Origin: an uncultured Sediminibacterium sp.
GTDB lineage: Bacteria; Bacteroidota; Bacteroidia; Chitinophagales; Chitinophagaceae
Direction of reading: 5' to 3'
Assembly: GCA_964507525.1 (NCBI GenBank)
Contig: CAZDQB010000005.1
Location: forward strand, 45,058-109,057
DNA: 64,000 nt
A program made the translations under genes and the position numbers. Shown here in pieces: positions 37,299 to 47,589 of this stretch. Under the pieces are notes generated by a model, which searched no databases, had not been told where the DNA came from, and saw only the letters and a program-made list of their open reading frames with translations. Numbering within the stretch: position 1 is the stretch's first letter; each line of letters opens with the position of its first letter.

Positions 37299-37384
37299 GC
37301 AAATAAAGCATCAGAAGCAGTCAAATTATGGGTTGTTAAGGGCTTTAACTAAGTGGAAATTTAAGTTCAAAAAATTACCAGATA

Positions 37385-40300
37385 ATGAAAAATGCCAAAC
37401 GACTGTTATGGATTATTGGTATACTCTGTATGCTGTTCCAGACCAATTATGCGCAAGGACCTGTGACCGTCAAGGGGGCGGTTACAAATAAGAATAAAGT
37501 ACCCCTGTCGGGCGCTACAATTACCGAAGTCGGGAGACAAGGCAGATCAACCCTGTCAGATGCTAATGGAAGCTTTCAGATCGCAACAGTGTTGAATAGC
37601 CGACTGAAAATTACCATGATCGGCTACAAGGAATTTGAGGTGGTAGTTAAGACCCAGCAATTGAATATCCAACTAGATGCTGAAGTAAAGGAACTGGAAG
37701 AAGCGGTAGTTGTTGGTTATGGAACGCAGAAAAAAGCCAGCTTTACTTCTGCTGTAAGCAATATTAAGGCCTCAGAAATTACCGATATCCCTACTTCCAA
37801 TTTGAGTAATGTATTGGCGGGGCGTTTGTCGGGTACATTTGTTGCAACTAATACTGGTACGCCGGGTATTTCATCTACAGTAAGGATAAGATCCAATTCT
37901 TCGTGGAATACTGCACCGCCTGTGTACGTAATTGATGGGGTGGTAAGAGATAAACAAAGTTTTGATGCACTTGACCCCAATGAAGTGGCGGAAATCACCG
38001 TCTTAAAAGATGCAGCTTCGGCAGCAATTTATGGTTCCCGTTCATCGAACGGTGTAATATTGGTAACCACGAAAACAGGAAAGAAAGGAAAACCCGAAAT
38101 TGGTTTTTCTGCAATTACCAATACTTCGCGAACCGGCAAAGTACCGGAGTATATGGACGTGAGTAAGGCTTTGGACTATTCAATTGCAGTCAATGGAGGA
38201 ATTTCGCCCGAAGAAAAAGCGTGGGTATTAAAAAATAACCCCAATGGCGACAACTATTTTAAAGCAGCTTACCAGAACCCTAACAACCAGCGTTATGCGC
38301 TTAGTGCCTCAGGTGGTGGCGATATGGTTACCTATTATATTGGGGGCTCGTTTTATAATGAAAATGGCTTTTTGCCTAATGTGGGGTTCAAGAAGTACAA
38401 TTTAAGGAGTAATGTAAGTGCAAAGCTTACAAAAGACCTAACGGTTAATCTCAATCTTAGTAATAGTTATGGTACCCGGAACAGATTTAATTTCACCTAT
38501 GATTATGGTTCTGCTGATTTAAATAATCTGTGGGGAAAATTATTGTATTGGGATGCCTGGGCGCCTCCTTATATCAATGGAAAACCGGTTGACCCGGGCT
38601 GGCTTGGTAATCCCGTAGAAATGATGAAAAACGGAGGGTATTGGAAAAATAATAACCAGCAGCTCGATGCCCTTTTATCGGCTGAATATAAACTTCCTTT
38701 CGTGCCGGGGTTAAGCGCAAAATTTGCCTACAGTAAAAACTTCAATAATAGTTTTGTCAAGAATTTTGCGAAAAAACAGCCGCTTTATAAATTCAAAACT
38801 ACCGGTGCAAATAACCGCATTTACACCGACGAAATTATCAGTCAGACGATGAGTGGCGACCCTGGCACCGAATATATAGGAAATGAATACGGCAGGTCCA
38901 ATACCTATCAGTTAAATGGCCAGCTTTCTTACGACCATCGGTTTGGTGAGCATAATATTAGCGCTACCGCTGTTTATGAACAGTGGGAGGCTTATTATAA
39001 CAACTTTTCCATGTATCGTTATAACTTTCCCCTGAGCCCCAATGATCAGTTTTTTGCAGCGAGTGCCAACAACTCAGACTGGTCAACAGGTGGCGGTGAG
39101 GATCAGGATGGAAGACTATCATATATTGGTAGGATAAACTACGATTATGCAGAGAAATACTTTTTGTCCACAAGCGCCAGATATGATGGTTCTGTAAAAT
39201 TTGCACCCAATAAAAGATGGGGGTTATTTCCAACACTAAGCGGTGGCTGGGCTATTTCAAAAGAAAACTTCTTTAGAAATGTGAAGACATTGAAGTTTAT
39301 AGATTTTATGAAGCTGCGTTTTTCGTATGGTTCTACAGGAAACGACGCAATAGGTGGCTGGCAGTGGCTGGAGCAATACCGTATTCAGGGTGGTACTTAT
39401 TATCTTGGCCAAAATGGAACCACTGCTCCAAGGCTGGCTTTTGGTGGTACTCCGAATGCAAACCTTACCTGGGAAAAATCAAATTCCTATAATGCCGGGT
39501 TGGATATAGTGGCACTTAAACATCTGAACCTGACGGTTGAATTGTGGAAGCGGCACACCTATGATATTCTCGGATCCAGGGTTCTGGTATTGCCTTCTGA
39601 ATACGGCGCTTCACTGCCTGCTGTTAACTATGGTATCGTAGACTCAAAAGGTATAGAAATAGAGCTGGGTTATAATAATACAATCGGGCGGGATTTTGAA
39701 TATCGGGCAAAAGGAAACTTTGGGGTTTCAACAAACAAGGTAATTAGCAGGGATGCAGCTCAAAACGCGCAATTTGTAGATAATCCGAATGGGAAGACCC
39801 TGAGCTATGGAACAGGCTATCAGGCTATAGGCATTATCCGTACGCAGGATGAGCTTTCCAAACTACCTGCCGGGTACAAGATTTTTGGTGCGACTCCTGA
39901 ACTTGGTATGATGAACTTTGCCGATATAAGCGGGCCTGACGGAAAGCCCGACGGTAAAATTGACAGTTACGACAGAATTGTTTTAGGAAATTATTTTGGA
40001 AGTAACAGTGCGCCCATCACTTATGGACTACAGCTTAATTTTTCTTATAAGGGAATTTCTGTTGATATGCTTTTTGCAGGGCTGTCAGGATTTAAAACAT
40101 CATATAGCGATGCATGGGGCCGCAATTTCGGCGGAGGTGCAAAAATTCCTAAATATCATGACGATGCATGGAGTACAGATAATCCCAATGGTACTACACC
40201 AAAACTTTTCCCCTGGGGAGACGCCAGATCAAGTGGCTATACACAAACTTCAACATTTAATGTTTATGACGGCAGCTTTATGCGGATGAAGTATTTAAAC

Positions 40301-40483
40301 ATTGGCTACAATCTGCCCGCAAAATATTTAAATAAAATAAAGGTCAAAGGAATTAAGCTTTTTGCATCGGGAACAAATCTGTTTACCCTTTCCAAATTTA
40401 AATTCTACGATCCTGAAATTTCGGGTTTTATGAGTTACCCATTAATGAAAAACTTTTCAATGGGGATTGATGTGAGACTTTAA
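37385..40483 (+). CDS. SusC/RagA-family TonB-dependent outer-membrane transporter
   Basis: 1032 aa. Signal peptide, CarboxypepD_reg-like VKGAVTNKNKVPLSGATITEVG..STLSDANGSFQI. Plug motifs VVVGYGTQKK and ITVLKDAASAAIYGSRSSNGVILVTTKTG. Confidence 0.92.
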   Translation: MKNAKRLLWIIGILCMLFQTNYAQGPVTVKGAVTNKNKVPLSGATITEVGRQGRSTLSDANGSFQIATVLNSRLKITMIGYKEFEVVVKTQQLNIQLDAEVKELEEAVVVGYGTQKKASFTSAVSNIKASEITDIPTSNLSNVLAGRLSGTFVATNTGTPGISSTVRIRSNSSWNTAPPVYVIDGVVRDKQSFDALDPNEVAEITVLKDAASAAIYGSRSSNGVILVTTKTGKKGKPEIGFSAITNTSRTGKVPEYMDVSKALDYSIAVNGGISPEEKAWVLKNNPNGDNYFKAAYQNPNNQRYALSASGGGDMVTYYIGGSFYNENGFLPNVGFKKYNLRSNVSAKLTKDLTVNLNLSNSYGTRNRFNFTYDYGSADLNNLWGKLLYWDAWAPPYINGKPVDPGWLGNPVEMMKNGGYWKNNNQQLDALLSAEYKLPFVPGLSAKFAYSKNFNNSFVKNFAKKQPLYKFKTTGANNRIYTDEIISQTMSGDPGTEYIGNEYGRSNTYQLNGQLSYDHRFGEHNISATAVYEQWEAYYNNFSMYRYNFPLSPNDQFFAASANNSDWSTGGGEDQDGRLSYIGRINYDYAEKYFLSTSARYDGSVKFAPNKRWGLFPTLSGGWAISKENFFRNVKTLKFIDFMKLRFSYGSTGNDAIGGWQWLEQYRIQGGTYYLGQNGTTAPRLAFGGTPNANLTWEKSNSYNAGLDIVALKHLNLTVELWKRHTYDILGSRVLVLPSEYGASLPAVNYGIVDSKGIEIELGYNNTIGRDFEYRAKGNFGVSTNKVISRDAAQNAQFVDNPNGKTLSYGTGYQAIGIIRTQDELSKLPAGYKIFGATPELGMMNFADISGPDGKPDGKIDSYDRIVLGNYFGSNSAPITYGLQLNFSYKGISVDMLFAGLSGFKTSYSDAWGRNFGGGAKIPKYHDDAWSTDNPNGTTPKLFPWGDARSSGYTQTSTFNVYDGSFMRMKYLNIGYNLPAKYLNKIKVKGIKLFASGTNLFTLSKFKFYDPEISGFMSYPLMKNFSMGIDVRL

Positions 40484-40506
40484 TGTTTTAAACTAAAAAT
40501 GGAAAA

Positions 40507-42258
40507 ATGAAAGTTAAATCTTTAATATACAGTACAACCGTCCTTAGCTGCTTCCTGATGCTGGGTTCCTGTAATAAGGTGTTAGATAAATCTAATTTGG
40601 CAGCAGTTAATCCATCGCAGGTATGGAGTGATGCAAAGTATGCAAACGGATACCTGAATAATATTTATTCAGCTATGATGCCCGGTAATACCTATGGGTC
40701 GGGAAATGGTACCGACGAAGGAGTGCCTTATCAAAAACAAACCAACAGTTGGTTTATGGGAACAGGCACTTTTGATTCCTGGGACAACTTCGGTCAGTAT
40801 GGAAATATTCGCACGATTAATATTTTATTAGACAATATTGACAAAGCATCTTTTGATGAAACGTCTAAAAAAAGTATTAAAGGGCAGGGACTTTTCTGGA
40901 GGGCTTGGGCCTACTATTCTATGGTGAATGGTTATGGAGGCGTGCCTTTAATTCTTAAAGCACAAGAACCCACAACAGATTTAAGCTCCCTCGCAATGCC
41001 GCGAAGCAAAACTTCTGAATGTGTAACACAAATCATTAAAGATTTAGATGATGCTATCTCTTCGTTGCCCGATAACTGGAGCGGCGAAGATATCGGACGC
41101 ATAGACAAAGGAGCTGCCATGGCCTTTAAAGGAAGGGTGTTGTTGTTTTTTGCAAGCCCCTTGTTTAACGGATTGGGAGGTGTGGCCAGCTGGCAAAAAG
41201 CTTACGATGCAAATCTGGCAGCGAAAATTTTTTTAGAAGCTCATGGAAAAGGATTGCAGACGGCGTATAACAAGATCTGGGACGAAAAGTTGAATAAAGA
41301 AGTGATCATGGTGCGCCGCTTTAATTATCCGCAGGCTACCTATTTTCAGGGAGGTTTAATACCCCTCGATTTTTCAAAGGATGATGTTGGGTATGACCGT
41401 CCATCGCTGGAATTGGTAAATGCGTTTCCCATGAAAGATGGTTCAGCATGGTCGGATGTTCCAAGAGTTTATGATACTCTTTTCAGAAACAGGGATGATC
41501 GTTTTTATGAAACCATTTATTATAATGGATCACCTTATCAGTATCTGGCTGCAATGAAAGCTGCAAATACTTACTTGTGGACTTATTTTAATAAAGTAAC
41601 CGATTATAACGGCAATATTGGAATAATGGGACAGCACAATCAGATAACTCCTGATCCATTATGGTCTAACTCCAGCTTTTATAGAATTAAAGCAATTGAT
41701 AAAGTAAGTATTAAAGACAAGGGAACCGTATATAACGCGGCGGTTGACTGGCCCGAAATTAGATATGCGGAAGTGTTGATGAACTATGGTGAAGCTGCCA
41801 ATGAGTTGGGCAAAACAACAGAGGCATTGAGTGCCTTGTACGCAATACGTAACCGCGCAGGTATTCTGCCGGGGATGACTAACAATTATGGCATCACAGC
41901 CCAGACAACTGATGGTATCAGGACTGTGTACCAAAACGAACGATTTGTTGAATTTGCATTTGAAGGAAAAAGATGGAATGACCTGAGAAGATGGAAAATG
42001 TTTGGTTATTTAAGAGGTCTGCCCCAAAGGCATGGACTTGGTATTGAGTTGAAGGCAGGTGAAACTGATGTTGCGCCTATGGCCGATATTAATACAGTGT
42101 GGAATAAGTTTACTTATACCGTAATGCCAACCGACCGGCAGAATATAGCGGTGCAGGATCAATACTATATCTATGGTATTCCCAAAGCAAGGCTGGATAG
42201 GAATCCTAAATTGTTGCAAAATAATAACTGGAGCGGTAGTTTCGATCCCCTGCAATAA
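40507..42258 (+). CDS. SusD/RagB-family nutrient-binding lipoprotein
   Basis: Lipobox FLMLGSCNK. Blocks FWRAWAYYSMVNGYGGVPLI, RVLLFFASPLFN, ERFVEFAFEGKRWNDLRRW. Confidence 0.9.
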   Translation: MKVKSLIYSTTVLSCFLMLGSCNKVLDKSNLAAVNPSQVWSDAKYANGYLNNIYSAMMPGNTYGSGNGTDEGVPYQKQTNSWFMGTGTFDSWDNFGQYGNIRTINILLDNIDKASFDETSKKSIKGQGLFWRAWAYYSMVNGYGGVPLILKAQEPTTDLSSLAMPRSKTSECVTQIIKDLDDAISSLPDNWSGEDIGRIDKGAAMAFKGRVLLFFASPLFNGLGGVASWQKAYDANLAAKIFLEAHGKGLQTAYNKIWDEKLNKEVIMVRRFNYPQATYFQGGLIPLDFSKDDVGYDRPSLELVNAFPMKDGSAWSDVPRVYDTLFRNRDDRFYETIYYNGSPYQYLAAMKAANTYLWTYFNKVTDYNGNIGIMGQHNQITPDPLWSNSSFYRIKAIDKVSIKDKGTVYNAAVDWPEIRYAEVLMNYGEAANELGKTTEALSALYAIRNRAGILPGMTNNYGITAQTTDGIRTVYQNERFVEFAFEGKRWNDLRRWKMFGYLRGLPQRHGLGIELKAGETDVAPMADINTVWNKFTYTVMPTDRQNIAVQDQYYIYGIPKARLDRNPKLLQNNNWSGSFDPLQ

Positions 42259-42284
42259 TTGCTTCTCTCTCCATTCCCAAATAA

Positions 42285-42325
42285 AAAGAGGTTGCCCACT
42301 CATTTTGAGGCAACCTCTTTTATTC
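42285..42325 (+). terminator. Rho-independent terminator after SusD
   Basis: Perfect 12-bp stem AAAGAGGTTGCC (42285-42296) / GGCAACCTCTTT (42309-42320) with a 12-nt loop, followed by TATTC. Confidence 0.7.
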
Positions 42326-42763
42326 ATATGAATGAGCAATAAAATTTCCACGCTTTTTTACAGGATCCAGGGCGGAATTCGCGATTTATCTGTGAAAACG
42401 TCATTTAATCTATCCTTTCCCTGCAAATGTCCATATCATTCTCTTGAAATAAAGTCTAAGTTCGGGCTCCGATACTATTTAAATGTTGAATTGTTTGTAA
42501 TATGAAGGGAAAATCAGCTAATAATAATTATATCATCGTCCTTTCATTTATTTTACTGTATTTGTGAATGTTAAAATGATTCTTAATGGAAAACCGGAAT
42601 GGTCGTATATCGGAAAAAACCTTATGCTGTGAGAAGACCCTGGATTTGTTGATGTTGAGAAAATGAATTTTTAAATAAACTCATCCTCCGAAGCATTTAA
42701 ATTATTACCCTATTTTAAGTCAATACCCTTTAATAAAATTGGAATCCAGAAAAAAAGTAAATA

Positions 42764-44665
42764 ATGATCTCAAGATTCTTTTCTATCACACGCATTTCGT
42801 TTTTGATAACAGTTAGCTTCCTGGCTTTGAAAGTGCGTGCCCAGGATAGCCTGTCCCTTTCATCGCCTGACGGAAAAACAGTTTTTAGTTGCCAACTTGA
42901 TGAAAAAGGTGGCCTGTCATACCAGGTAACTTTTGCAGGGCAGCCGCTGGTACTTAAGTCTTCACTTGGAGTGGAGGGCTGGCAGCAATCTTTCGTATTA
43001 AAAAGAGTAGCAAGAAAAGAGCAGGATAACAACTGGAGACCGGTATATGGCGAACGGGCCCTGGTCATAGACAAGTACCGTGAGGCCAGTTTTGTGCTAT
43101 GGCGCCAAAACAAGGAGAGACAGCAAATGAACCTGCAGGTAAGGGCTTATAATGAAGGACTGGCTTTTCGCTACGTATTTCCTGAGTATCCTGAGGGCGG
43201 GCAGGATATTTCCATTGGAAAAGAATATACCAGTTTTGTGATGCCATCGGGAACAAAGGCCTGGTTTACCGATCATGCGCAAGGTGCCTATCAACTGCTT
43301 CCGTTACAAGCCTGGCCAGGCCAGGCAGAGCGACCGCTTACGATGCAGCTGCCTAATGGGAAATATGTGGCCATCGCAGAAGCCGGTTTGGCAGATTATG
43401 CACGCACCAAATTTTCTCTCGACGCTGCCGAACCCAACAACATCCGGTGCAGTATGTACGATCGGGTAGACCTTACCACTCCGTTTGCTACACCCTGGCG
43501 GGTGATCATGCCGGCAGAAAAACCAACCGGGTTATTGGCAAACAATGATATTTTTCTCAACCTGAATGAACCCTGCCAAATTGAACATACCAATTGGATA
43601 AAACCGGGTAAGATCATGCGTGAGGTGACCCTTTCAACCAAGGGTGCAAAAGAATTGGTTGACTTTGCGGTAAAACGCCACCTGCAGTATATTCATTTTG
43701 ATGCCGGATGGTATGGATTTGAATATGTCAAGGGTTCTGATGCTTCGGCGGTAAATGTTGATCCAAGACGCAACCCTAAAAAGGATCTGGATTTAACTGA
43801 GGTGATCCGTTATGCGAAGGAAAAAGGAATAAGTGTGTTCTTATATGTTAACCAACGGGCTTTGGAGCAGCAATTAGACCAATTGTTACCCCTATACCAG
43901 CAATGGGGCGTTGCAGGTATAAAATTCGGGTTTGTACATGTGGGGTCGCATCGCTGGACCACCTGGTTGCATGAAGCCATAAAAAAATGTGCACGGTATC
44001 ATTTGATGGTAGATATTCATGACGAATACAGGCCTACCGGTTTTAGCCGCACCTATCCTAACTTACTTACACAGGAAGGGGTGAGGGGTAATGAAGAAAT
44101 GCCGGAGGCCAATAACAATGCAGTACTTCCTTTCACTAGATTTTTATGCGGTGCAGCAGATTATACCATCTGCTATTATCACCGTCCCGAGTTAAAACGA
44201 CAGCTTGCTGAAACACAAAATGCAAGGGTGCTTAAGACTACTTCCATGCACCAGATGGCATTATCGGTTGTGTATTATAGTCCATTGCAATTTATGTATT
44301 GGTACGACAAGCCGGAAGATTCAAAAGATGAACCTGAGCTGGAATTTTTTGATCATGTTCCCACAATTTGGGATGATACAAAAGTGATGGATGGGGAAAT
44401 AGGCCAATTCATTACGGTTGCCCGACGCAGCGGTGAAGAATGGTTTTTGGGATCCATTACCAACAATGACGCAAGGGATATTAAGATTAATTTTTCTTTT
44501 TTAATGCCCGGAAGAAAATATAAAGCCACTGTCTATTACGACGATCCTACATCGTCAGTGCGCACCCGTGTTTCTATCAAGCACATTACGGTTGAAGCCT
44601 CAACGGTATTGGACACTCATTTGCTTGCATCCGGCGGACAAACCATCTGGGTTAAACCCCTTTAA
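42764..44665 (+). CDS. GH97 family glycoside hydrolase (alpha-glucosidase/alpha-galactosidase type), secreted
   Basis: Signal peptide ...SFLALKVRAQ. Blocks WIKPGK, YIHFDAGWY, WGVAGIKFGFV and MVDIHDEYRPTGFSRTYPNLLTQEGVRGNE match GH97 (SusB-like ...KPTGL.RTYPN..T.EGV.G.E). Confidence 0.82.
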   Translation: MISRFFSITRISFLITVSFLALKVRAQDSLSLSSPDGKTVFSCQLDEKGGLSYQVTFAGQPLVLKSSLGVEGWQQSFVLKRVARKEQDNNWRPVYGERALVIDKYREASFVLWRQNKERQQMNLQVRAYNEGLAFRYVFPEYPEGGQDISIGKEYTSFVMPSGTKAWFTDHAQGAYQLLPLQAWPGQAERPLTMQLPNGKYVAIAEAGLADYARTKFSLDAAEPNNIRCSMYDRVDLTTPFATPWRVIMPAEKPTGLLANNDIFLNLNEPCQIEHTNWIKPGKIMREVTLSTKGAKELVDFAVKRHLQYIHFDAGWYGFEYVKGSDASAVNVDPRRNPKKDLDLTEVIRYAKEKGISVFLYVNQRALEQQLDQLLPLYQQWGVAGIKFGFVHVGSHRWTTWLHEAIKKCARYHLMVDIHDEYRPTGFSRTYPNLLTQEGVRGNEEMPEANNNAVLPFTRFLCGAADYTICYYHRPELKRQLAETQNARVLKTTSMHQMALSVVYYSPLQFMYWYDKPEDSKDEPELEFFDHVPTIWDDTKVMDGEIGQFITVARRSGEEWFLGSITNNDARDIKINFSFLMPGRKYKATVYYDDPTSSVRTRVSIKHITVEASTVLDTHLLASGGQTIWVKPL

Positions 44666-44759
44666 TTGGGCCATATTATTGGGGATCATGTCAAAGTACT
44701 GTGGATCAACTTGTTAAGTGTTTAGCTGGTTGGTTACAGCTCATTAATCCATTTGTTGA

Positions 44760-44835
44760 CCATGTCTCAAGTATGCTATTTTACCGGGTTTGAGACATGG
44801 ATAAGACATGGATGAGACATGGTTGAGGTATGCGA
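44760..44835. repeat. 11-bp inverted repeat followed by 3-4 tandem 11-bp direct repeats (GAGACATGGAT units)
   Basis: CCATGTCTCAA (44760-44770) and TTGAGACATGG (44790-44800) are perfect complements. Tandem units then follow: gagacatggat (44792), aagacatggat (44803), gagacatggtt (44814) and a degenerate gaggtatgcga (44825). Confidence 0.75.
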
Positions 44836-44965
44836 GTTGGTAAAATTGCATCAATGAATGTCAATTTAATGGAACTGATGTAGCCGCTTATTCGGATAAT
44901 TTTATGCCTCAGAACCAGTGAATTAGCCTATTATTCAATTTCCACCTATTCAAACAGACCATTTA

Positions 44966-47518
44966 ATGAAGTATTCCAATTGGCCCTTGCGGCGTTGCTG
45001 CTTTTGTGTAACATTATTGTTAGGATTTGGTACGCTTAATGCGCAAACCTATTATTTGCAAACACAATTTGCCAGGCTTAGCTTAAATGGCAAAGGCTAT
45101 ATCACCTCCATCATTGATAGAAAATCAGGAAAGGAATATTGTCCCAAAGGGGAGATGTCTCCGCTGCTTGCGTTACAGAAAAACAAGCAGCACCTTATGC
45201 CGGTGAAGGCACAGTATGTTGGTTCCAAAAATGAATTTTCCATCAGCTTCTCCAATGGCGCTGCGGCCCGGGTAAAAGTGGAACAAAAGCAGCAGTATCT
45301 GCGTTTGCAATTGGTTTCACTAACGCCTCGCAATGGCGTGGATAATGTGGTGTGGGGGCCTTATAAAACAAATATATCTAAAACGATCGGGGACCTGCTG
45401 TCTGTCGTGCGCAGTGATGTTTTTGCCATTGGCATGCTTGGCCTGAACGACAATACTACCATCGGACCACCTACGGAGGGCGATATGTCATTCATGTATT
45501 ATTACATTCATTCGCCAGATCCCCAAAAATATCCGGTACCACCGCATCTGAAAGAAGGTCAGACCTTCAGCATAGGTGGTGACGGGGTGAATGACGTGGC
45601 TTTTTACTCACAGCCAGAAGCGTATTTCAGGATGAACTATGGCAACGGTGCCAAACTGGAACCGGCATTCGGTTCAAGCATATGCATGCATTCTCGCGAC
45701 CGTCGTAAGGAACAGATGATTCGTTTTCCCTATTATCCTGACAATATTGAAGGCAAGGCCAATTCGGCCCGTTACCAGTTGGTGACACCCACAAATGCGG
45801 ATTTCCTTGGTTCAACCATTGCTTTGTATGCCTGTCCTGATTCATTGGGTCTGAACGTTATAGAAAAAATAGTATTGAATGAAGGGCTACCACATCCCAC
45901 CATTAATGGAAAATGGATAAAAAACCCTGCCGCTTATCGTCCCGATATGGCCTGGTGGGGGCCGCATGATAGCCTTGCCAGTTATGCAAAACAACTGAAG
46001 ATCAAAAATGTGCAGGATGAAGGCTGGGGGGAGTATTATCCCAACCCGGTCAACCGATGGAGTAATAAAAAGATCAGCTTCCATGGTTCAGACGCTATGA
46101 GTATTCCCGCATACGGAACGCTCATGCAAAAGGAAGGGGTCCGTTACGGATTACACACGCTTTGCGAATTCCTGCAGCCCAACAACAACAGTGATGTGAC
46201 GCCGGTGCCTAGCGACAGTCTCGCTATCATGCAGCGTACCTACCTTACAAAGAATATTTCACCCAACGATACCATCATCACGGTGAGGGACACTGCCTAT
46301 TTCAACGAGTTTGGTGGTTGGGAAGGCAATCATACCAACGTGCTTAAGATTGGTAAGGAGCTAATTGAGTATGATGGGATCACCAGGATACCTCCCTACA
46401 CTTTTCTTAAAGTGAAAAGAGGTTTCCACCATACGATACGCGGCACCTATAAAGCAGGAACTACGATCGTGAAGCTGCAGCCCAACTGTTACCGTGGATT
46501 TGTACCTGATATGAACCTGCAGGATGTTTACGCCGATTATTATGGCAAATGGCTCACAGAAGGAAGCATGGATTATATCGATTTTGATGGTCTGGAAAGT
46601 TGTATGTACCAGGGGCATGGCCAGTATTCCTTTAAGCGATTTTTCCGCGGCCTGTTCGACAGCTATTATCGCAATGGTGGCAAATACCTGCGCGTGATGG
46701 GCAGTGCCGTGCAGGAGGGCAGTTGGCATTACATGAGTGTATGCAATGTTGGGGGCGGCGATCACATGTTCAGCCCTATACTCAACAAATGGGGCATTGA
46801 AGGAAAAGATATGCGTTACGTGTTCGAGAGCAGTTATTTCCCCGCTACATTCGGCATTCAAAATTACCAGGTCGACTGGAACCTGTATGATGCAGAGAAC
46901 CTGCAGGCCAAATCAATCGGCTGGAATGCCACTTATATGCTTGGACTTAGCCAGCAAACTGTGGAAGCCAATGCGGAGAAAGGGGCCATCTTCAATGCTT
47001 ACCGTACCTGGGAAGAGGCACGGGAGGCCGGGGTATTTACCAAAGCCCGCAAAGAAAAGCTCAAAGACCTCAACTACAAATTTCATTTGGAAAAGGCAGG
47101 AAACAAATCTTTCTTGCTGTACGCGGTAAAAGAAAACCGTTTCAGAGATATGGCTTTGAATACAAACAATGTGGAAGTAACCTTGATGAATGAGTTCGAT
47201 GCTCAGCCATTGGCTTTTGCGTTAAAAGTGCACGCGCCAAAAGATTCAACTATCAATGGGTTAGAGATCATAGTGGGCAATAGCTCGTTCATCAAAGTGC
47301 AGAAAAAATTATATGCTGGCCAGTATGTGATCTGTAAGAATGGCCAGTGGTATGTTGCCGATCAAGGACGCAAAATGATCGAGCTAATTCCGGCGACTGG
47401 AGACTGGCAGCTCCCTAAAGGGCAAACCCGGGTGCTGGTGAAATCATTGCATTCAAACCCGGAAAATGTGAAGCTGGAACTGGTAGTGCTGGTGATAGGG
47501 AGCGCTGAAAAGATTTAG
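44966..47518 (+). CDS. Secreted protein of unknown family (850 aa); paralog of 47590-50064; candidate glycoside hydrolase
   Basis: Signal peptide ...LLLGFGTLNAQ. Colinear similarity to the next ORF: VKVEQKQQYLRLQLVSL / VKVQQQENYLSFELVGL; VWGPY / LWGPY; LPHPTINGKW / LPHPLLDGKW; GLHTL / GVHTL; IDFDGLESC / LSFDGLEGC; FHLEKAG / FHLEMAG. Confidence 0.8.
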   Translation: MKYSNWPLRRCCFCVTLLLGFGTLNAQTYYLQTQFARLSLNGKGYITSIIDRKSGKEYCPKGEMSPLLALQKNKQHLMPVKAQYVGSKNEFSISFSNGAAARVKVEQKQQYLRLQLVSLTPRNGVDNVVWGPYKTNISKTIGDLLSVVRSDVFAIGMLGLNDNTTIGPPTEGDMSFMYYYIHSPDPQKYPVPPHLKEGQTFSIGGDGVNDVAFYSQPEAYFRMNYGNGAKLEPAFGSSICMHSRDRRKEQMIRFPYYPDNIEGKANSARYQLVTPTNADFLGSTIALYACPDSLGLNVIEKIVLNEGLPHPTINGKWIKNPAAYRPDMAWWGPHDSLASYAKQLKIKNVQDEGWGEYYPNPVNRWSNKKISFHGSDAMSIPAYGTLMQKEGVRYGLHTLCEFLQPNNNSDVTPVPSDSLAIMQRTYLTKNISPNDTIITVRDTAYFNEFGGWEGNHTNVLKIGKELIEYDGITRIPPYTFLKVKRGFHHTIRGTYKAGTTIVKLQPNCYRGFVPDMNLQDVYADYYGKWLTEGSMDYIDFDGLESCMYQGHGQYSFKRFFRGLFDSYYRNGGKYLRVMGSAVQEGSWHYMSVCNVGGGDHMFSPILNKWGIEGKDMRYVFESSYFPATFGIQNYQVDWNLYDAENLQAKSIGWNATYMLGLSQQTVEANAEKGAIFNAYRTWEEAREAGVFTKARKEKLKDLNYKFHLEKAGNKSFLLYAVKENRFRDMALNTNNVEVTLMNEFDAQPLAFALKVHAPKDSTINGLEIIVGNSSFIKVQKKLYAGQYVICKNGQWYVADQGRKMIELIPATGDWQLPKGQTRVLVKSLHSNPENVKLELVVLVIGSAEKI

Positions 47519-47589
47519 TGTCAATAAGAAACCGTACGGCTCCCGGCGCATTTGTGCAGGTAGGGGGCCGGTTAAACTGAAATAACGAA

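Noticed and set aside
42540-42700. Possible gene remnant reading ...ILNGKPEWSYIGKNLML*EDPGFVDVEKMNF*
   Set aside because: It resembles the common DPxFVD C-terminal tail of beta-helix proteins, but it is only about 40 codons with stops. That is too short to call without a BLASTX search.
44792-44835. Considered whether the 11-bp tandem units could be a CRISPR or VNTR array
   Set aside because: The units are contiguous with no spacers and number only 3-4 copies. No CRISPR-like repeat-spacer architecture or cas genes occur anywhere in the window.
46361-46861. 166-aa antisense ORF inside 44966-47518. Similar long antisense ORFs occur at 53408-53944, 62185-62784, 27122-27616, 50049-50486 and 17943-18353.
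   Set aside because: These are shadow ORFs opposite long, well-supported genes in the more GC-rich stretches. They have no independent start context, motifs or intergenic space.
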